From Catajapyx aquilonaris (Eukaryota), in contig JYFJ02002275.1 of assembly GCA_000934665.2 (NCBI GenBank), positions 1-60,327 of the forward strand: DNA of 60,327 nucleotides, in the 5' to 3' direction. The position numbers were made by a program, and so were the translations under genes. Shown in pieces: positions 1 to 11,140 of the stretch. Below the pieces are notes generated by a model. The model did no database searches. It was not told the DNA's origin and saw only the letters and a program-made list of their open reading frames with translations. Positions within the stretch are counted from its first letter, which is position 1, and every line of letters starts with the position of its first letter.

Positions 1-1255
1 AGAGTGGGTGGTGCATCATCATCATCATAATAGCACGTAAATGTTCCTTATTAGTGCCTTGTATATTGGGGTAGAAATGAAAATGGTCCCATGGAAAATG
101 TGATTTATGGGTCATCTCAGACTTTCAAATGCGCTTTTCTCGAAATCAGGTTTGGGAGGGTTAGGGCAGTATTGCACCGACCCCTTCATATATTATATGA
201 CAAAGCATGTTTTTTAAACGAAAAGGGTAAGGTCACGCTATGGGACACATACCTGCCAGGATATTTGACACTTGGGTTTAAAGGCTATTATCTCGACAAC
301 GAGACTTCGAAGACCTGATGACACCTGCAAATAAAGCGATCCTCTGGTGCCGAAGAGTTTACTCTAGAAGGTTATCTGAATATTTATGAAACACCCTGCA
401 TATGCACAGAAAAGCATTCTCTCGTCAGACGGTGGAACGATTAAATGAATGTACTATATGGATATCATGTCGAAAGGTAGCTGTAGACAGTCGTGTTTGT
501 AGATCGTGGGGATATTACATTCTTTCCGTATGCTTACGTCAAAGTTCTTTCTTTTTACAAGGTTCACGCTAGCTAACTTATTCGGGGAAATTAACTCGGT
601 GTGCAGTATGATCCAATAGAATCGTTCTCGAAGACATTTCTCTTTATTGTTGTTAAGTTTCGACGACATAAGACACCCAGCGAAATCTAATTACCATCGC
701 CTTAAACGTGATATTGATCGTAGTGTGGTTCTCTGTCACAACTACACATTTTCAAAGCAAAATGAGTGCAAAAGCTAATGTAGCAGAATTTTTCACTCGA
801 GTAACTTGCTAGCACTTGATACGCCTAACGTCTAGCGCCAGTGACAACTTGAAGCGTGCCGTGATACTTTGCAGCGTTCCCTGCAGACGAAACTCCAAGC
901 TTCCTGCCGCTTCCCTGCCTCATATAGCGCTGCTTTCAACTCACATTTAGACATGTAGCATCACCTACTCTTCTGGCCATTAAAACTTAACCGGATGTGT
1001 ATAACTGAGAGTGACGGTGTCTCTGTTCCTCCTGCACGTTCATCTATACTATCATATACGCCCATGTCCCTCAGGCCACCATCCTATAGCATACACGCAT
1101 GTACTAGCATCACTATCTGAGTGTAACGATGTAACGAGGGAACCATGCAATTACTATTTATTCTGTTGGACCGGCCGTAGCCAGTGTGAGGACTTATAAA
1201 GTTCACCTGTCTCTACACCCAGATTAAGGGGGGGGGGGGGGGNGGAAGAAAGAGA

Positions 1256-1583
1256 TTTTTTTGTATTACCCCATTGGGAGTTACATTTCCTTTAGGGGGG
1301 TGGAATACCACCATCTGGGTGGAACTGGTATACTAAGATAGCATTTAGTGTGTTCCAAGGGTAGGTAGGAGGGGATGTGCAAAGTGCGTGTGCACAGAGT
1401 GACGTTGATGTGCCGTTTTGTGAACTCCCCCGGGTGGCATATGTGGAAGGATCGCCACCCGAAACGAAGCCAGAGACGGTCTCACTCTGCGCGAGATGAA
1501 GGGGGGAACCCCGGGTTGGGATCGAACCCGGGACCTTAACATCCGCGGGCGCATACGTTACCGCAGCGCCACTTCGCCTCCCT
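1256..1583 (-). mobile_element. tRNA-derived SINE, family A, copy 1
   Basis: Minus strand has an A-box-like GTGGCGCTGCGG and B-box GGTTCGATCCC. Head and body match 54423-54640. Ends ATGGTGGTATTCCAC...CTCCCAATGGGGTAATACAAAAAAA. Degenerate TSD gaagaaagaga (1245-1255) / gaagaaaaaga (1584-1594). Confidence 0.85.
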
Positions 1584-1704
1584 GAAGAAAAAGAATTTGG
1601 GAGTAAAGTTCTCTCTAACTAACAACAGCAGAACCGATTTTTTTGTGTAAGTGTAACTGACCTCTCTCTCACACATGCGTGATGTACTTTTCCCATATTC
1701 TTAA

Positions 1705-3201
1705 CCCTTTGCTGCCTACGGCCATCATATGATTTCCGAGCTTGCATTGTTGGAGGGCCTACGGCATCATATGATGTCCGAAGATTTGCCCTGCCAACTT
1801 GGGTCATTTTTCAACGCAAATAATTTCAACCTCACCGATTTTCTTGAAATTCGGTGCATTGGTAGCCCACCCCAAGGGATGAAAAACGTACCTATAGTTA
1901 CCTGATAAAAATGACCTCGTGACCCAATTTTGAGGGGGAAGAGGTCAAATCACAAAATTTCGACCTCACCGATTTTCTTGAAATTCGGTGCATTGGTAGC
2001 CCACACCAAGGGATGAAAAACGCACCTATAGTTACCTGATAAAAATGACCTCGTGACCCAATTTTGAGGGGGGCAGAGGTCAAATTTCGACCTCACCGGA
2101 TTTTTTTCAAATTCGGTGCATTGGTAGCCCACACCAAGGGATGAAAAACGCACCTATAGGTACCTGATCAAAATGACCTCGTTACCCAATTTTGAGGGGG
2201 GCAGAGGTCAAATCATAAAATTTCGACCTCACCGACAGGTAGGGCTGTGCGATATCCGAAATTGCATATCGACTTTCGATACTAAAAAAATATCGCATCG
2301 AAGTCGATATATCGAAAATCGAAAAACCGACATCGCAATATATCGCAAACCGACATCGAACCGACATCGCAAAATATCGCAAACCGACATCGCGATATTT
2401 TGCGATGTCGGTTTGCGATATTTTGCGATGTCGGTTCGATGTCGGTTCGATGTCGGTTTGCGATATTTTTCGATATTTTCGATGTCGGTTTTTCGATTTT
2501 CGATATATCGACTTCGATTCGATATTTTTTAAGTATCGAAAGTTGATATGAAATTTCGTATATCGCACAGCCCTACTCACCGATTTTCTTGAAATTCGGT
2601 GCATTGACATGTGTCCCCCTCCAATATGTGTCACAGGGTCATGTCGAGCAGGGAACTGTAGGTGGGTTTGTCATCCCTCGGTGTGGGCTACTAATGCACC
2701 GAATTTTAAGAAAATCAGTGAGGTCGAAATTTTATGATTTGACCTCTGCCCCCCTCAAAATTGGGTCACGAGGTCATTTTTATCAGGTAACTATAGGTGC
2801 GTTTTTCATCCCTTGGTGTGGGCTACCATTCCACCGAATTTCAATAAAATCGGTGAGGTCGGAATTTTATGATTTGACCTCTGCCCCCCTCAAAATTGGG
2901 TCACGAGGTCATTTTTATCAGGTAACTATAGGTGCGTTTTGCATCCCTTGGTGTGGGCTACCAATGCACCGAATTTGAAAAAAATCCGGCGAGGCCGAAA
3001 TTTGACCTCTGCCCCCCTCAAAATTGGGTCACGAGGTCATTTTGATCAGGTAACTATAGGTGCGTTTTTCATCCCTTGGTGTGGGCTACCAATGCACCGA
3101 ATTTCAAGAAAATCGGCGAGGTCATAAAATTTCCGGAAAATGGGGGAAAAAAATCAGGCCCTGGGGTAATGTAATCACTCAAAAACTCCGTCATCAAAGG
3201 G
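1705..3201. mobile_element. piggyBac-type non-autonomous foldback element with inverted arrays of ~127-136 bp units
   Basis: TTAA at 1701-1704 and 3202-3205; termini CCCTTTGCTGCC / GTCATCAAAGGG. Left units start at 1822, 1956, 2083, 2219; reverse-complement units occupy ~2671-3125. Confidence 0.8.
2240..2575. mobile_element. hAT-type palindromic MITE nested in the piggyBac foldback
   Basis: TIR TAGGGCTGTGCGATAT / ATATCGCACAGCCCTA; interior is an ATCG/CGAT-rich palindrome. 8-bp host duplication ctcaccga at 2228-2235 and 2576-2583. Confidence 0.85.
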
Positions 3202-4594
3202 TTAATGTAGTATTTTAAAATGTCATTTGTGTTCGGGAGTAAATTACGCCTTCGTAAAATAAGTGATGTCGTAACAAGCACCCAAGAATGCGGAAAAATG
3301 AGGTGCTCCGGACCCGTGAGGCCGATTTTTATATTTAGCTATAACCTTTCGGCAAATAATAATTTTGTCAAAATTTGACTTACTTGAGAACTACTAGAAG
3401 TTGGGGGAACCCTAATTTTCACGGTTTTTATTGTGCCTAGAGGGAATGGTCAACTGCAAACGCGACCCTTCTTTTGTGTAGGGAGGGTGGGATCCACTGT
3501 CTCCTCTTTCGGCCAGAGTTGGAACTCGAAGATGTCCGGATTTTCGTTATCCCCCCCCCCCCTCACTATCGGAATTCACCCGTCCGTTAATCCGGGCGGC
3601 GCGGCGCACAAGGTGCTGACCCAGACAACCGACGTACTGGCCGATTTGGTATAGTTCGGGCGAGGCACAAAGTGCTGGCCCGGTCATCAGCCAAGATAGG
3701 ACTGAATGTCATAGTTCAAATACAATCCCATGTGACAATAACAAGACTTGGTTAATTGTTAAACGTCTGGTAACCAAGTGAGTCGTTGCCAGCTGTTGGT
3801 CGGAGGGGATCTCTAACCTCGACCAAGGCCAAACATCTACTGACTTATCAACCTTTTATAGTCGGACTTTCTTTCTTGAAACAAGGTATCCAACAGGTTA
3901 TGACAATGTAACACTTTAAGGAGGAGAGCCAACAGAATAACAAAATCAACAAGCAAGGGGGCCAACAGAATAAATAGTAATTACATGGTTCCATCGTCAC
4001 ATCGTTACATGAGTAAGGAGAGTGATTCACACGACGTATAGGCTAGCATAATTCTCTCAACCTATCCTTACCTAACCTGGCTTACGACAGTTCCGCCTTA
4101 TCTGAATGCGATCCAATCTTGAGAACATAACCTATAGTGCCATATGAGTCTCGGAAAGACGCGGAGGTGTCATATGCCATGCATTAGAAAAGCAGAAGGT
4201 AACTCGAAAATAATCATACTCGAGGCACGACATCACTTCGTCTTTCCCAGTATTTTATCGTTATCTACGAGTACTTGTATAATCGCGTTGAGTTAGGAGT
4301 TGTTAGGACAGGGTTGGATTCAGATGTGCCCGGCAGTGGTGATTGGGGTCTGTACAGAAGCACTGCTATAATATTATGGTAATGATGAGGCGTGTGTTTA
4401 TATCGACATATAGAGAAATGACATATATGACAATTTGACGTAGGGTTGATACTGATGTGAGAGGGAATGTTGATTTCGTTTTTCTATGCTGCTATATTTT
4501 AAAATGAATGAAAGAGAAGAGGTACAGCTATCCAAACTGGCCATTGTGTGCATTCCTCCTGTTGCGGATGGCCAGTCTATACCTGAAATACTAC

Positions 4595-4710
4595 CTGAGA
4601 TGGAGCTCTTGAGCGTTTCACTCCCGGAAACGAAAAGTCCGGCCCTAGGATCGAACCCGGAACTTATCTGTCCGTGAGCACGAATACCTCCGTTGCGCAG
4701 CAACACCGCC
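4595..4710 (-). mobile_element. tRNA-like SINE head (separate family), degenerate
   Basis: Minus strand GGCGGTGTTGCTGCGCAACGG...TTCCGGGTTCGATCCTAGG with a B-box; no tail identified. Confidence 0.5.
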
Positions 4711-4717
4711 TTACATA

Positions 4718-5305
4718 TAGTAAAACTTCTACAAGTCGAATCTCCATGGGACCGGGAAAAAACTTCGAGTTATAGAAGATCCTAGTTAGAGAAGTTTGGA
4801 TTTCTTAAAGCACATGACTATAAGGAAGCCTATATTTTTATATCCAGCGACAAAAGGTGTTCAAAACTTAAAAATAACTGTCACTATCACACTTACAATG
4901 TACCTCATTGTTTTGGTGTTTAAAAAAATCAGTTATGGACATTTCCCTACTCTTAGATTCAAGGATTCAATAGTCACAATCGAGTCTAATACTTCTTTCG
5001 GTACGTCTGGTAGACGGAGATCAGGACATTGAGCCTTTCTGTACATGTGGCCTACTCTCGACCCTTCGGCTGGGAAATGAGAAAATTTCCCGTACTCGCC
5101 AACATGAACTTGGACTTAGGGAGACTTAAAATGCATCGTAAGGCCCTGCCTGCACTTCGAGTTATGGAGAACTTCGAGTTATAGAAATTCGAGTTAGGGA
5201 AGTTTATTTCCTATTCTTTTACATTGTGACCAACCAAGCTCATTATTTTATTCGACTTATAGAGAACTTCGACTTAGGGAAGTTCGACTTATGGAAGCTC
5301 TACTG
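4718..5305. mobile_element. pogo/Tigger-type MITE, copy 1
   Basis: TA|TAGTAAAACTTCTACAAGTCGAA ... TTCGACTTATGGAAGCTCTACTG|TA, with subterminal TTCGAGTTATAG/TTCGACTTA repeats. Inverted near-full copy at 8607-9174. Confidence 0.85.
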
Positions 5306-6517
5306 TATTGCATACAGGCATACCGTGGTTTTCAGTAGATCATTGGAGAATCCTGGCTATAGACGTAATAAAATCTATGGATGGTGAGCAATAAATTAAA
5401 GTATTTTGGGTGCAGCAAGGCCTACCTAGTTTTAGGAAAATATACGATAACTCCTCTGTATTTCATGTTGTGTGCAATGAATTGTGAGGTCCAATCTCTC
5501 GATCGAAGCAATAAATTTCATTGGATTCAAAGGGCGTGTGCTTGACAGATTGTGAGCAGGATCTCTTCCTCCTTAAACCTTGCTGGATGGGGACACGCTC
5601 AAACTATCGACCTATACGGGAATTCAGATGAAGCGTTATGCCCATTTGGTATAACTGGTTAATTTAGAGGCCTCTTGCTCTCTGAAGCGTTTCTGGTATC
5701 AATGTTATCGATTTTGCAGAATCGCATGCAGTATATAACACATTGTCAAGTGGTATTGATTTGCAAACGAACGTAGGTAAATAGAGTAGAGGATAGAGGG
5801 CCTAAATTTCCGAGTATCACATATGCATTGGCGGCTCACCTACTCTGCGGATGCATGTCAAGGAACTCATGGGCGTGACATTGACAAATTATGTCGGGGG
5901 CATGGCAGTGATATATGGGGGCGCAGTTTCTCTCCAAATTTGCGGACGTGAGACATGTGAAGAAGCCAAAATTTCGAGGGCATTTTGGCCGAAACTGGCC
6001 ACCAAGTTACACCGGAGGTCCTTACACCATATTATCCTTCATGTGTTAACTTATACTTGATACATCAGCTCCATACTTTGCAATATTATATGCTTGCAGG
6101 CTCACTATTGTGGTGCTTGAATGGGGTACCAGCTCTCACGCCAGCAGGTTGCTAGATTTAGCGAGCAATATATTATTATGCCAATATTTTGTTATCAGCC
6201 TTAGTACCGGCCAAAAAATGAAGACGTTCCATTCTTAGGAATTGAAATGGGCAGTCACCGGTTCAAGTCACTGGGATGTTCATCCTACTAGAAATTCTTC
6301 AATGGCCTTCAATACTTTTTACAGGCTTCAAACATGTGGACGTGTTACAGGCTCGGACGCATTCCGCGACAACCACTGTGTTGCCGCCCGCAGTTATGAG
6401 AACAGGCTACGCTTGTCGCTGTTCGGCACGCACAATATTATTGTCCAAAGCAGTGCAGATAGGATGGTTGGAGAGCTCTCTGATCCACCCGAGAACTCAT
6501 GAGCAACCCTCTTCATA

Positions 6518-7290
6518 CAGGGTGATTCTTATAGATACGAGTCCTAAAATTGTGCTACAGTATATCTCGAAAACTTGTGGACAAAATAAATGAATTACAT
6601 TTTCAGGCCACGTACGTACCTCCAATGATGTTGAGCAAATGACATTACAGCAAGTGCTGGAAGTGTCCACCATGTTTATATGCGAGGCATATGTCCACGA
6701 GGTGGTACATGTTGTCTTAAACGCATCTCAGTGTTGCAACATCAATAATGCGAATTTCCTTTGTAATGCTTTTCTGTAAGGCTTGAATCGTACGTGGCTT
6801 GTTCCTATATACACCCGTTTCCTTCAGATAGCCTACTCCCACAAAAAGAAGTCCGGGCTCGTGAGATCGGGCGATATCGGTGGCCACAGAGTTTTGGAAA
6901 TTACTGTAGGCCTACTTGGTGTGACATGGCGCGCCATCTTACTGGAAGTAACCCGCTGTCAATTCCGCATCATCAAGCTGTTGTGCAAAATCTGCAAATT
7001 TCCAGTGGTGTTCAATGTGTCTTGGAAGGAAATGGGGTCGATGATCCTCACACCAGATGTGGAACACCACATTCCCCATTTCCTCTGGTAAAGTAGTAAT
7101 TCATGTGACCCATGAGGATTATTGATGGCCCAAGTCTTGGAGTTTTGAGTTTCCAGCAGTCGCTGTGATGTCATTTGCTCAACAACGTTGGAGATACTAG
7201 TTCATGTTATGAAAATTTCATTGAATTTAGTCAATTTGTTTCCGAGAAATAAGGAAACTTTTGGTTTGGGTCTGTATAAGAATCACTCTG
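6518..7290 (-). mobile_element. Tc1/mariner deletion derivative with transposase remnant
   Basis: TA-flanked TIRs CAGGGTGATTCTTATAGA / TCTGTATAAGAATCACTCTG. Minus strand ~6835-6890 reads LWPPISPDLTSPDFFLW (WPxxSPDLxPxD catalytic motif), followed by stops. Confidence 0.85.
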
Positions 7291-7311
7291 TACAATATAT
7301 TATAAATTTAT

Positions 7312-7564
7312 GGGCGACACGGTGGCCGAGTGGTTAGCGCCGGAGCCTTCCATCTCTAAGGTCCCGAGTTCGATCCCCGGGTCGGACGGAGGATACTTAT
7401 GTGGATAGAGTTTCGATGGGTTCTCTCCGTGTTCGCATGGGTTTTCTCGGGGTTCTCCCGTTTCCTCCCACTATCAAAATCCATCACATTACAGGCAAAT
7501 GATTAAAGTCGGGTATTCAAAAGATGATCCCCTAAGAGGCCCAAGGGGCCTATCACGGGGTATC

Positions 7565-7628
<64 letters not shown>

Positions 7629-7647
7629 TATTATTTATTATTATTAA
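7312..7647 (+). mobile_element. tRNA-derived SINE, family B (V-SINE-like core), copy 1, with (TTA)n tail
   Basis: A-box TGGCCGAGTGG 7323-7333; B-box GAGTTCGATCC 7366-7376; core 7400-7471 GTTCTCTCCGTGTTCGCATGGGTTTTCTCGGGGTTCTCCCGTTTCCTCCCAC; 3' CCCCTAAG..ATCACGGGGTA then (TAT)n. Other copies at 32275 and 43496. Confidence 0.88.
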
Positions 7648-7678
7648 TTTAGGTTTTTTGCAGTATTATTCTATCAGG

Positions 7679-7873
7679 CAGTGGCGTANCCCCCCCCCCG
7701 CCCTGGATAAAAAAATATAGTTCCAATCCGCACTTTTAAGGTGTTAAAATGCACGTGCACAAGTATTGTAGCTTGTGTGAGCTTGAACAGCATTAAAAAA
7801 TTTCCCCTGCGGCGGGCCTCTTCGTTCTTCCCTCACATAACCCCCCCTTACCAATTTCCTGGCTACGCCGCTG
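7679..7873. mobile_element. hAT-type MITE
   Basis: Termini CAGTGGCGTA / TACGCCGCTG; 8-bp flanks ctatcagg / ctacctgg (6/8 identical). Confidence 0.65.
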
Positions 7874-7933
7874 CTACCTGGGATCACCTATAATTACCCC
7901 TGTTAACGTTAATGAACATTACATATTATAAAA

Positions 7934-8200
7934 CCGAAGCAGTTTGGAGGATGGGATAGGGTGTCCGACTGCTAATCGGGAGGTCCTGGGATCAAATCCC
8001 GGGGCCGGCAACTCTGACCGTGGTTTTCTGTGGTTTCCCACGGTCCTTCCAGGAAAATTCCGGAGTTGCTTCCGTAATTAATAGGCCACAGCCGCTTCCT
8101 TCCGTCCCTATCTTATCCCAAAGAGCGCAGTAAAATGAAAGCAAAGAGTTCCAGGCAAAACAACCTTCCCCCCTAAAGAGCCGATGGCTGATAACGGGGT
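7934..8200 (+). mobile_element. tRNA-derived SINE, family C (Talua/Lm1-like body), copy 1
   Basis: Body CTGACCGTGGTTTTCTGTGGTTTCCC...CCAGGAAAATTCCGG...AGGCCACAGCCGCTTCCTTCC is shared with 43227-43486. TSD attacatattataaaa at 7918-7933 and 8208-8223. Confidence 0.85.
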
Positions 8201-8301
8201 ATGAACTATTACATATTATAAAATGCAACAGTAAGGTTTCGTAAGGCCAAAAAATAAGACATAATAAAGTGAACGTTTAGTGGGGACAATGAAAATAAAT
8301 T

Positions 8302-8555
8302 GAGGCGCTCAAAGGAAGAATGGCATATCCCAACCGGAGTTGGTTTTGAGAAAAACAGTTTTTTTGTGTTTTACTTTACCATGCACCTAAAGCTACGGAC
8401 AAATTTTACAAGTGGAATATGTGAGCTTTGACATGACTGTCCCAATTCATATGGTACTTCAGCGCATGAAAGGTAGATGGAAGGAGAGTACAACAGCACT
8501 ACAAACTCAAAATTGGAGGTCGGTTGGGATATGCCGTTCTTCCTCTGAGCGCCTC
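8302..8555. mobile_element. Sola-like MITE
   Basis: ~35-bp TIR GAGGCGCTCAAAGGAAGAATGGCATATCCCAACCG and its complement; 4-bp TSD AATT on both sides; GAG...CTC termini. Confidence 0.7.
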
Positions 8556-8606
8556 AATTGTGCACATGTTACGCAACGACACACTAAACAGCTCTGTTCA
8601 TGGTAA

Positions 8607-9174
8607 CTTCCATAAGTCGAACTTCCCTAAGTCGAAGTTCTCTATAAGTCGAAGAAAATGACGAGCTTGGTACGTTGGTCACAATGTAAAATAATAGGAA
8701 ATAAACTTCCCTAACTCGAATTTCTATAACTCGAAGTTCTCCATAACTCGAAGTGCAGGCAGGGCCTTACGATGGGATATCAATGCATTTTCAGTCTCCC
8801 TGTCATGTTGGCGAGTACGGAAATTTTTTTCATTTCCCAGTCGAAGGGTCGAGAGTAGGCCATATGTACAGAAAAGATCAATTTCCTGATCTCCGTCTAC
8901 CAGTAATGACGCGTGCCGTCCGCACCTGGTCATTTATTAAGAGTGAGAGCCGATCTAGGCAAATGTCCATAACGGAGTTTTTATTACAACAAAACAATGA
9001 GGAATATTGTAAGTGTGATAGTGACAGTTATTTTTAAGTTTTGAACACCTTTCGTCGCTGGATATAAGTCCTTATAGAGTTATGTGCTTTAAAAATTCCA
9101 AACTTCTCTAACTAGAATCTTCTATAACTCGAAGTTTTTCCCCGGTCTCATGGAGATTCGACTTATAGAAGTTT
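8607..9174. mobile_element. pogo/Tigger-type MITE, copy 2 (inverted relative to 4718-5305; ends eroded)
   Basis: Reverse complement of 4718-5305 along nearly its whole length. Confidence 0.85.
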
Positions 9175-9613
9175 AAAATAATGGACACAATTTATTATTA
9201 TCCAATGATTTCTTTTTAGCGCAACTCCTCTCAGACAAATATTATATAATATATATTTTTAGAGAACCAAAGAAGTCACTTGGAAAAATTTCACATTCAG
9301 TGAAGACTGGAGTATAATGTTCCATGAAGTGGTTGCTGGACGGGTGGCTCCATGACACAGGGTCTTCAAGTCTTACAAGTGGCCCGAGTTCCTATAAGCA
9401 TATGCGGATACGATTACATTGGAAAGTAGCTAGGTCAAAAGTACATATACACATTCCTACTTACACATTTCCATTTGAGTCGTTTTCATTATTATACTGT
9501 AGGCTACATGCCTGAGAGTCAGACCCATCCAGCACAGGTCGGTTTCCAGACGCAAATAGGCTGGGCATCAGTAGGGCATGTCATTTCCTGGGGATATGAC
9601 AATAATAATTATA

Positions 9614-10069
9614 CAGGGTGTATCCGTACTCAGTACACAGACATATATGACTGTCTTCCTAGGCGCCAGAGGATCAACTTATGTAGAGGAGTCATTATGT
9701 CTGGGCTGCCTCATTACTGAGATAATTGACCCACCTGATAGTTAGTGATTTGGCTAAAGAGTGATTTGGAAATAGTAGTGAAAGTCCCAGTGCTCTTCAA
9801 AATTAGCAGCGACATTCAGAACAAATTGAATTTACAAACCACAACACAACGTGATGTGCAATCATAATCACCATTAAATCATTAATCCTTCTGACTGGGG
9901 AGGGTTCGATGGGTGGCCTAACCGACAGGATATTTTGAATTACATGTTTGATGGCAATTATCTCAGTAATGAGGCGGCCCGGACATAATGACTCCTCTGC
10001 ATAAGTTGATACTCTGGTGCCTAGGAAGACAGTCATATACGTATGTGTACTGAGTACAGATACACCTTA
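9614..10069. mobile_element. Tc1/mariner MITE with ~110-bp TIRs
   Basis: TA|CAGGGTGTATCCGTACTCAGTACACAGACATATATGACTGTCTTCCTAGG... and its complement ending at 10069|TA. Confidence 0.85.
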
Positions 10070-10084
10070 TAGCTCGTTCAAAAA

Positions 10085-11088
10085 TGATTTTTTTTCTGCA
10101 CACTAACCACTTAATGGTACAAAATGAATTCATGGTACATTAGGGTATTCCCTGCCAATGTCTATACACTGTTGCCACCGTTCCGGAAGTTTCCGTATTG
10201 CTGCAAAGACCATTCTTTGGGGGTACCCAGCACAACTCTTGGACAACCGACTGAAGCTCGTCGTTGGAGGTGAACTAGTGACCGTGCACTGCCTCTTTCA
10301 TTAGGTAGATCAGAGCACAGTCTCAAGATCCGGCAAATATGGAGAATGAGGCAGCACTGTGTACCATAGAGGTCATGACGCGACAAGGCGGAGCCACAGT
10401 CATATCAGTAGCTGCACCACTAATATCCTGAATGCTCTAGGGCACACCGTGCTGCCTCATCTTCCATATTCACTGGATCTTGCGACTAGTGACTATGCTC
10501 TCTCTGATGCAATGAAAGAGTGCGCTGTCACAAGTTCACCTCAAACGACGAGCTTCAGTCGGTTGTCCACTAGTGGCACCAACGTGGCGGGGTTCCCCCA
10601 AAGAATGGTTTTCTGCAGCAATACGGAAACTTCCGGAACGGTGGCAACAGTGCGTAGACATTGGCAGGGCGCAGGGAATACCCTAATGTACTATGGGGCT
10701 CAAATTGTCCTGGTCTTGAAGCAACCCTTCGCACAGGCCCCACGCTGAGCAAGTGTGTGTGTGTGTTCAGGTCTCGCATAGGGTCTGGGAACCAAGGTTG
10801 GTGTTTTGACTGTAGCTCTGGGGACAGTCTCCATATTGTGGGGCCATTTCGCGTCCCCACAGCAAAAACGCCTGGTGGGGTACTGCTTCAGTGGGGACAT
10901 GTCCCCGCAATTCCGTTATGTATGGTTTTACAAAAGTCCATTTTTCTCAGCCTAGGATAGGTAGGGTAGGGTAGGTTAGGTTGTAGGGTTGCTTCAAGAC
11001 CAGGATAAAGTGACTAAAACAATTTGAGTCCCATAGTGCCATGAATTTATTTTGTCCCATGAAATGGTTAGTGTGAGGAAAAAAGTTG
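10085..11088. mobile_element. mariner-derived foldback (two transposase 3' ends) interrupted by a MITE
   Basis: + strand encodes LPHLPYSLDLATSDYAL (HPPYSPDLAPSDY-like) and KLPERWQQCVDIG. 10128-10222 is the reverse complement of 10595-10691, and the arm resumes at 11039. Confidence 0.8.
10691..11036. mobile_element. MITE inserted into the right arm of the mariner foldback
   Basis: TIR CTATGGGGCTCAAATTGT / ACAATTTGAGTCCCATAG plus inner IR TCCTGGTCTTGAAGCAACCC; internal (GGTAG/GGTTAG)n. The empty site ccctaatgTAccatg is readable from the left arm. Confidence 0.75.
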
Positions 11089-11140
11089 AGTCCCAAAGGA
11101 ACAAACAAGAGTGAATGAATGAATATATTAGATAGGCCTA

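Noticed and set aside
1822..3125. Regular repeats resembling a CRISPR-like array, and ORFs 1898-3127
   Set aside because: Units are contiguous near-identical tandem copies without unique spacers, there are no cas genes and the context is eukaryotic. The ORFs are by-products of the repeats and palindrome.
7312..7385. Possible tRNA genes (also at 1510, 4640, 42312, 43227, 54423)
   Set aside because: A/B boxes continue into repeated bodies, tails and TSDs, and no convincing cloverleaf is evident; these are SINE heads.
10689..11038. Transib (RSS-like CACTATG) assignment for the nested MITE
   Set aside because: No 5-bp TSD; the empty site read from the opposite arm fits a TA (or GTAC) duplication better.
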